Of a DNA stretch of 64,000 nt, positions 61,201 to 64,000 are shown piece by piece. The notes under the pieces were generated by a model. That model made no database searches. It saw only the letters and a list, made by a program, of their open reading frames with translations, and was not told the origin of the DNA. The number at the start of each line of letters is the position of its first letter. The stretch's first letter is position 1. Both the position numbers and the translations under genes were made by a program. Source of the DNA: Octopus vulgaris (taxonomy: Eukaryota); contig OX597840.1 of assembly GCA_951406725.2 (NCBI GenBank), positions 36,208,001 to 36,272,000 of the forward strand, given 5' to 3'.

Positions 61201-61488
61201 AAAACTAAAGGACCACTGAAATTAGTGTTTGAATCTGAGAGGGGAATATGATGATTAAAATCATAATTAATTGATCCTCATGTATCTTCTTTTACCCAAA
61301 GTCAGGAACTTTTCAGCAACATTTCTTATAAAGGAACTGAATATCTATGTGATGAAACAAAGAAATATCTAATACAAAAGCAGTTTCTAATAAAATGTTA
61401 CCTCCATTGTTCTGAATTCCACTTTCCATCCAGATTTCTCATCAGGGAGCTTCAATTTTAAGCTGTGTCCATTACTATTAAAGATAGC
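50060..61488 (-). CDS. GCLC: Gene A: divergent GCLC-like gene, 3' part (last 6 coding exons; 5' part lies beyond window end)
   Basis: Exons 61488-61402, 60141-60037, 56755-56674, 54271-54201, [53304-53187 or 50785-50668] and 50226-50060 splice in frame to 630 nt ending in TAA. Motifs GWKVEFRTME-DQLTDFENAA, VDEN...AQKRDA, FPGLIP and HEDYKNDSVVSD. Confidence 0.93.
50668..50785 (-). CDS. GCLC: Gene A penultimate exon, copy 2 (...DASKRPQIMQYLKYISDKAA)
   Basis: Same splice sites as copy 1; 3 substitutions (2 synonymous, 1 Leu/Pro). Confidence 0.8.
50938..51358 (+). mobile_element. tRNA-derived SINE, full-length copy
   Basis: Same family. Confidence 0.85.
51631..51902. mobile_element. hAT (Charlie-like) MITE
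   Basis: TIRs cagtggttctcaacc / ggttgggaaccattg with a perfect 8-bp TSD atctagat on both sides. Confidence 0.88.
52738..52942 (+). mobile_element. Mariner-derived MITE (copy 1)
   Basis: TIR gtgctgaaaagttc...gaagtcttcagca; internal KDR..KCVNLRGEY.E transposase C-terminus. Confidence 0.75.
53187..53304 (-). CDS. GCLC: Gene A penultimate exon, copy 1 (DDFPGLIPLIHKYLDQFDYDASKRLQIMQYLKYISDKAA)
   Basis: caacAG acceptor, GTGAGA donor, 118 nt, phase 0 to 1; duplicate of 50668-50785. Confidence 0.8.
53557..53955 (+). mobile_element. tRNA-derived SINE, full-length copy
   Basis: Same head, body and tail as 61868-62243. Confidence 0.88.
54201..54271 (-). CDS. GCLC: Gene A exon (FANCELTNDIYTLMTLDEIMNGK)
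   Basis: ttttctgtcaattAG acceptor, GTAAAA donor, 71 nt, phase 1 to 0; homologous to YTLMSIDTIINGK. Confidence 0.9.
56674..56755 (-). CDS. GCLC: Gene A exon (VDENFTSAQKRDAINKEKFHFRKDVQK)
   Basis: ccccatAG acceptor, GTAAGA donor, 82 nt, phase 0 to 1. Confidence 0.93.
57315..58510 (-). mobile_element. PLE 3' fragment (GIY-YIG plus microsatellite-rich 3' UTR)
   Basis: IKIVEKAG..CTNDNCMLC..NCRTQNVVYSIRC..YIGEMSRS; the UTR part matches 880-1315 in inverse orientation. Confidence 0.75.
58758..58846 (-). ncRNA. Type-I hammerhead ribozyme motif
   Basis: acttcc-CTGAAGA-[long stem II]-GAAAC-ATGT-GTT-ggaagt with a perfect 6-bp helix I. Confidence 0.55.
60037..60141 (-). CDS. GCLC: Gene A exon (DQLTDFENAALVVFLILLNRAIITLKLNLLIPITK)
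   Basis: atttccAG acceptor, GTAAAT donor, 105 nt; homologous to VQLTDFENSAYVVFVVLLTR. Confidence 0.95.
61108..61320 (+). mobile_element. Mariner-derived MITE (copy 2)
   Basis: Same TIRs and internal sequence as 52738-52942. Confidence 0.75.
61402..61488 (-). CDS. GCLC: Gene A exon (AIFNSNGHSLKLKLPDEKSGWKVEFRTME)
   Basis: tttccttttAG acceptor, GTAACA donor, 87 nt; homologous to NIQSTNWQTMRFKPPP...GWRVEFRPME. Confidence 0.92.
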
Positions 61489-61825
61489 CTAAAAGGAAAT
61501 GTATAACGACCCTGGTCATGAATGACAATTTAATAAAATAAAGTAAATTTACTGAAACAACAATATTCTAAGCAACACATCCCAAACTGAGGAGACCTTT
61601 GAAGACTGTAATATACATTTGTTATCTAATGTCACTAGCTTTAATGTTTATATTTAGCCACAGGCGTGGCTGTGTGTTAAGAAGTTTGCATCCCAAACAC
61701 ATTGTTCCAGGTTTAGACCCACTGAATGGCACCTTGAGCAAGTGTCTTCTGCTATAGCCTTGGGCCAATCAAAGCCTTGTGAGTGGATATTGTAGATGGA
61801 AACTGAAAGTAGCCCATTGTATGTA

Positions 61826-61867
<42 letters not shown>

Positions 61868-61869
<2 letters not shown>

Positions 61870-62001
61870 CGCAGGAGTGGCTGTGTGGTAAGTAGCTTGC
61901 TTACCAACCACATGGTTCTGTGTTCAGTCCCACTGCATGGCACCTTGGGTAAGTGTCTTCTACTATAGCCTTGGGCAGACCAAAGCCTTGTGAGTGGAAT
62001 C

Positions 62002-62041
<40 letters not shown>

Positions 62042-62243
62042 TTGTGTGTTGGTGTTTATCCCCCCCCCCCCCGTCACTTGACAATCGATGTTGCTGTGTT
62101 TACATCCCCGTAACTAAGTGGTTCGGCAAAAGTGACCAACAGAATAAGTACTAGGCTTACAAAGAATAAGTCCTGGGTTTGATTTGTTGGACTAAAGGTG
62201 GTGCTCCAGCATGGCTGCAGTCAAATTACAAACAAATAAAAGA
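61868..62243 (+). mobile_element. tRNA-derived SINE of the major octopus-type family (representative full copy)
   Basis: Head ggcgcaggagtggctgtgtggtaag...gttcagtccc (A/B-box-like), internal microsatellite, tail ggtgctccagcatggc..cagtcaaat. Further copies at about 4053-4330, 17418-17850, 28455-28765, 40795-41210(-), 41655-41850, 45300-45478, 45715-45930, 50938-51358, 52070-52395(-), 53557-53955, 55432-55862, 56305-56500(-), 59080-59270 and 62300-62510. Confidence 0.88.
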
Positions 62244-62899
62244 ATATATATATATAATATATATATGTACGTATACACATATATGTATATAAATGGATGT
62301 GTGTGTCTGTCTTCCTCCACCACTGCTTGACAACCAGTGTTGGTGTATTTACATCCCCGTAACTTAGCATTACTTGACAACAGAGCCCAAAATTATAAGT
62401 ACCAGGCTTTAAAAGAAATAATAAATACTAGAGTTGATTTGTTCTACTAAAAATTGTTCAAGGTGATACCCCAGCATGGTCGGAGTCAAATGACTGAAAC
62501 AAGTAAAAGATATATTGTTTTGCATTGTAATAATGCGTTTCCTCTTAATCTAACACACCTTCTTTCTACTGTTTCCCAGCCTATTCTTACTCACTGTACA
62601 CTAAAAAGCTTATAAAGTGGAATATATTGTAATCTGTCTTTATTTCTTATTTAATGTAACCTCATTTCATTTCTGTAACAGAGGATGTAACAAAATTACT
62701 TCTTAGGCAATGAAAAATTCAAAAGTTCTTCATTGTTCACTATTTTTTGCTTAGTCTTTCAAATATCAGGAAATAAGATTTTTTTCCTCTTTTCTAATAT
62801 TGTATCAAAATAGTGTGACGATTAACCCTTTAATCTTATCTCTATTAATAAGTATTCATGTTTGAAAAAATACACTCTTATGATAAGATTTACCCCTAA

Positions 62900-64000
62900 C
62901 ATAGACTAGTTATTAGTGACTTTAGACTCAAAGCCAGAAAGATGCCAAAAAGCAGACCAATCTGGAAAAGAAGGACTTGGAAGCTGAAGAACCCTTCACG
63001 TGGTCAAAGATTTAGGGATATTCTTTCTGAAAATTTTGATGAGTGGGAGGAGGGGGGAGCTACAGTCCTGTGACATAGAAGGCAGCTGGGAATTCCTGTG
63101 AGACAGCTTGCTGAGCACCACAGACCAAATCTGTGGCTGGTTCAAAGTCCCTTCCAGGCCTGGGATAACATTGTGGTGGGACAATACTGTAGACAGAGCC
63201 ATTAGAGCAAAGAAACAGGCCTGGAAGAGCTGGGGTAGCAAAGGTAGCAAGGGACTGTAGCAGGTATCCAGAAGGGAAGCTAGGAGACAGCTATATATAT
63301 ATAGCTAAGGGAGTAGCAGAAAACAAGAAGTTTGCCGAGTAGCAGAAAACAAGAAGTTTGCCAATATTCAGTGATATAAGGACCAAAGAACTGAAGTATG
63401 TGTGAGAGAAAACCATGATGTCATATGAGAGAAAAGTGTCCCCATGGATGATGGTGCCCTTGCATTTAATGATTCTGCAAAGAAAGATGCTTGGAGATGC
63501 CATTATGAAAGACTGCTGAATGTGTAGAATGAATTGGAGGAGAGTATGCCAAAGGTTGACCCAATTGAGGGACCAGCTACCCGAATTGACAGTATCCTGG
63601 TGGATAAAGCAATTAAGGATATGAAGACAGGGAAAGCACCTGGTCTATCAGAAATCATTGCTGAGATGCTTAAAATATCGGGTGGTATGGGTTATAGTCA
63701 TGTCACCCACATCGTAAATCAGGTAGTTCATGAAGGAGTTGTACCCAATAACTGCTGTAACAGCACCATAGTCAACTGCTGCAAAGGTAAAGGTGATGAT
63801 TTAAATAGAAATGACTATAAGGGTATTAATTATTGGATCAGGTGATAAAAGTTACAGAGAGAATCATAGCCCAACTAGTTACGGAGAGTGTTAGCCTAGA
63901 TGAGATGCAGTTTGGTTTTGTGCCAGGCAGAAGCACCACTGATGCTATATTCCTGGCAGGAGAAATATCTAGCCAAAAATAAACCTCTGTATTTGGCTTT
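62900..64000 (+). mobile_element. RTE LINE fragment (runs off window)
   Basis: KAIKDMKTGKAPG and MQFGFVPGRSTTDAIF; colinear with 18840-19900. Confidence 0.88.

Overview
AT-rich, repeat-dense eukaryotic genomic DNA. The SINE, RTE, Penelope and (TA)n landscape looks like an octopus (coleoid cephalopod) genome; this is inferred from repeat style. Two minus-strand, intron-containing, head-to-tail genes of the glutamate-cysteine ligase catalytic subunit (GCLC/Gsh1) family were reconstructed by hand from GT-AG exons. Gene A contributes its last 6 coding exons (61488 to 50060), with one exon duplicated. Gene B contributes its first 8 coding exons (32747 to 747), an open frame of 314 codons. Both keep the Mg/ATP/glutamate catalytic residues but have replaced the normally conserved cysteine-acceptor pocket motifs (HPRF to IEYF, NIR to NIA, MGFGMG to PTFGVG, STNWQT to NSNGHS). 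This suggests a gamma-glutamyl ligase acting on a non-cysteine acceptor. The rest is transposon-derived: a near-intact CR1-type LINE, degraded RTE LINEs (one 5'-inverted), several Penelope-like elements with hammerhead-ribozyme motifs and foldbacks, a dead mariner, MITEs, many tRNA-derived SINEs and kb-long (TA)n tracts that generate spurious ORFs.
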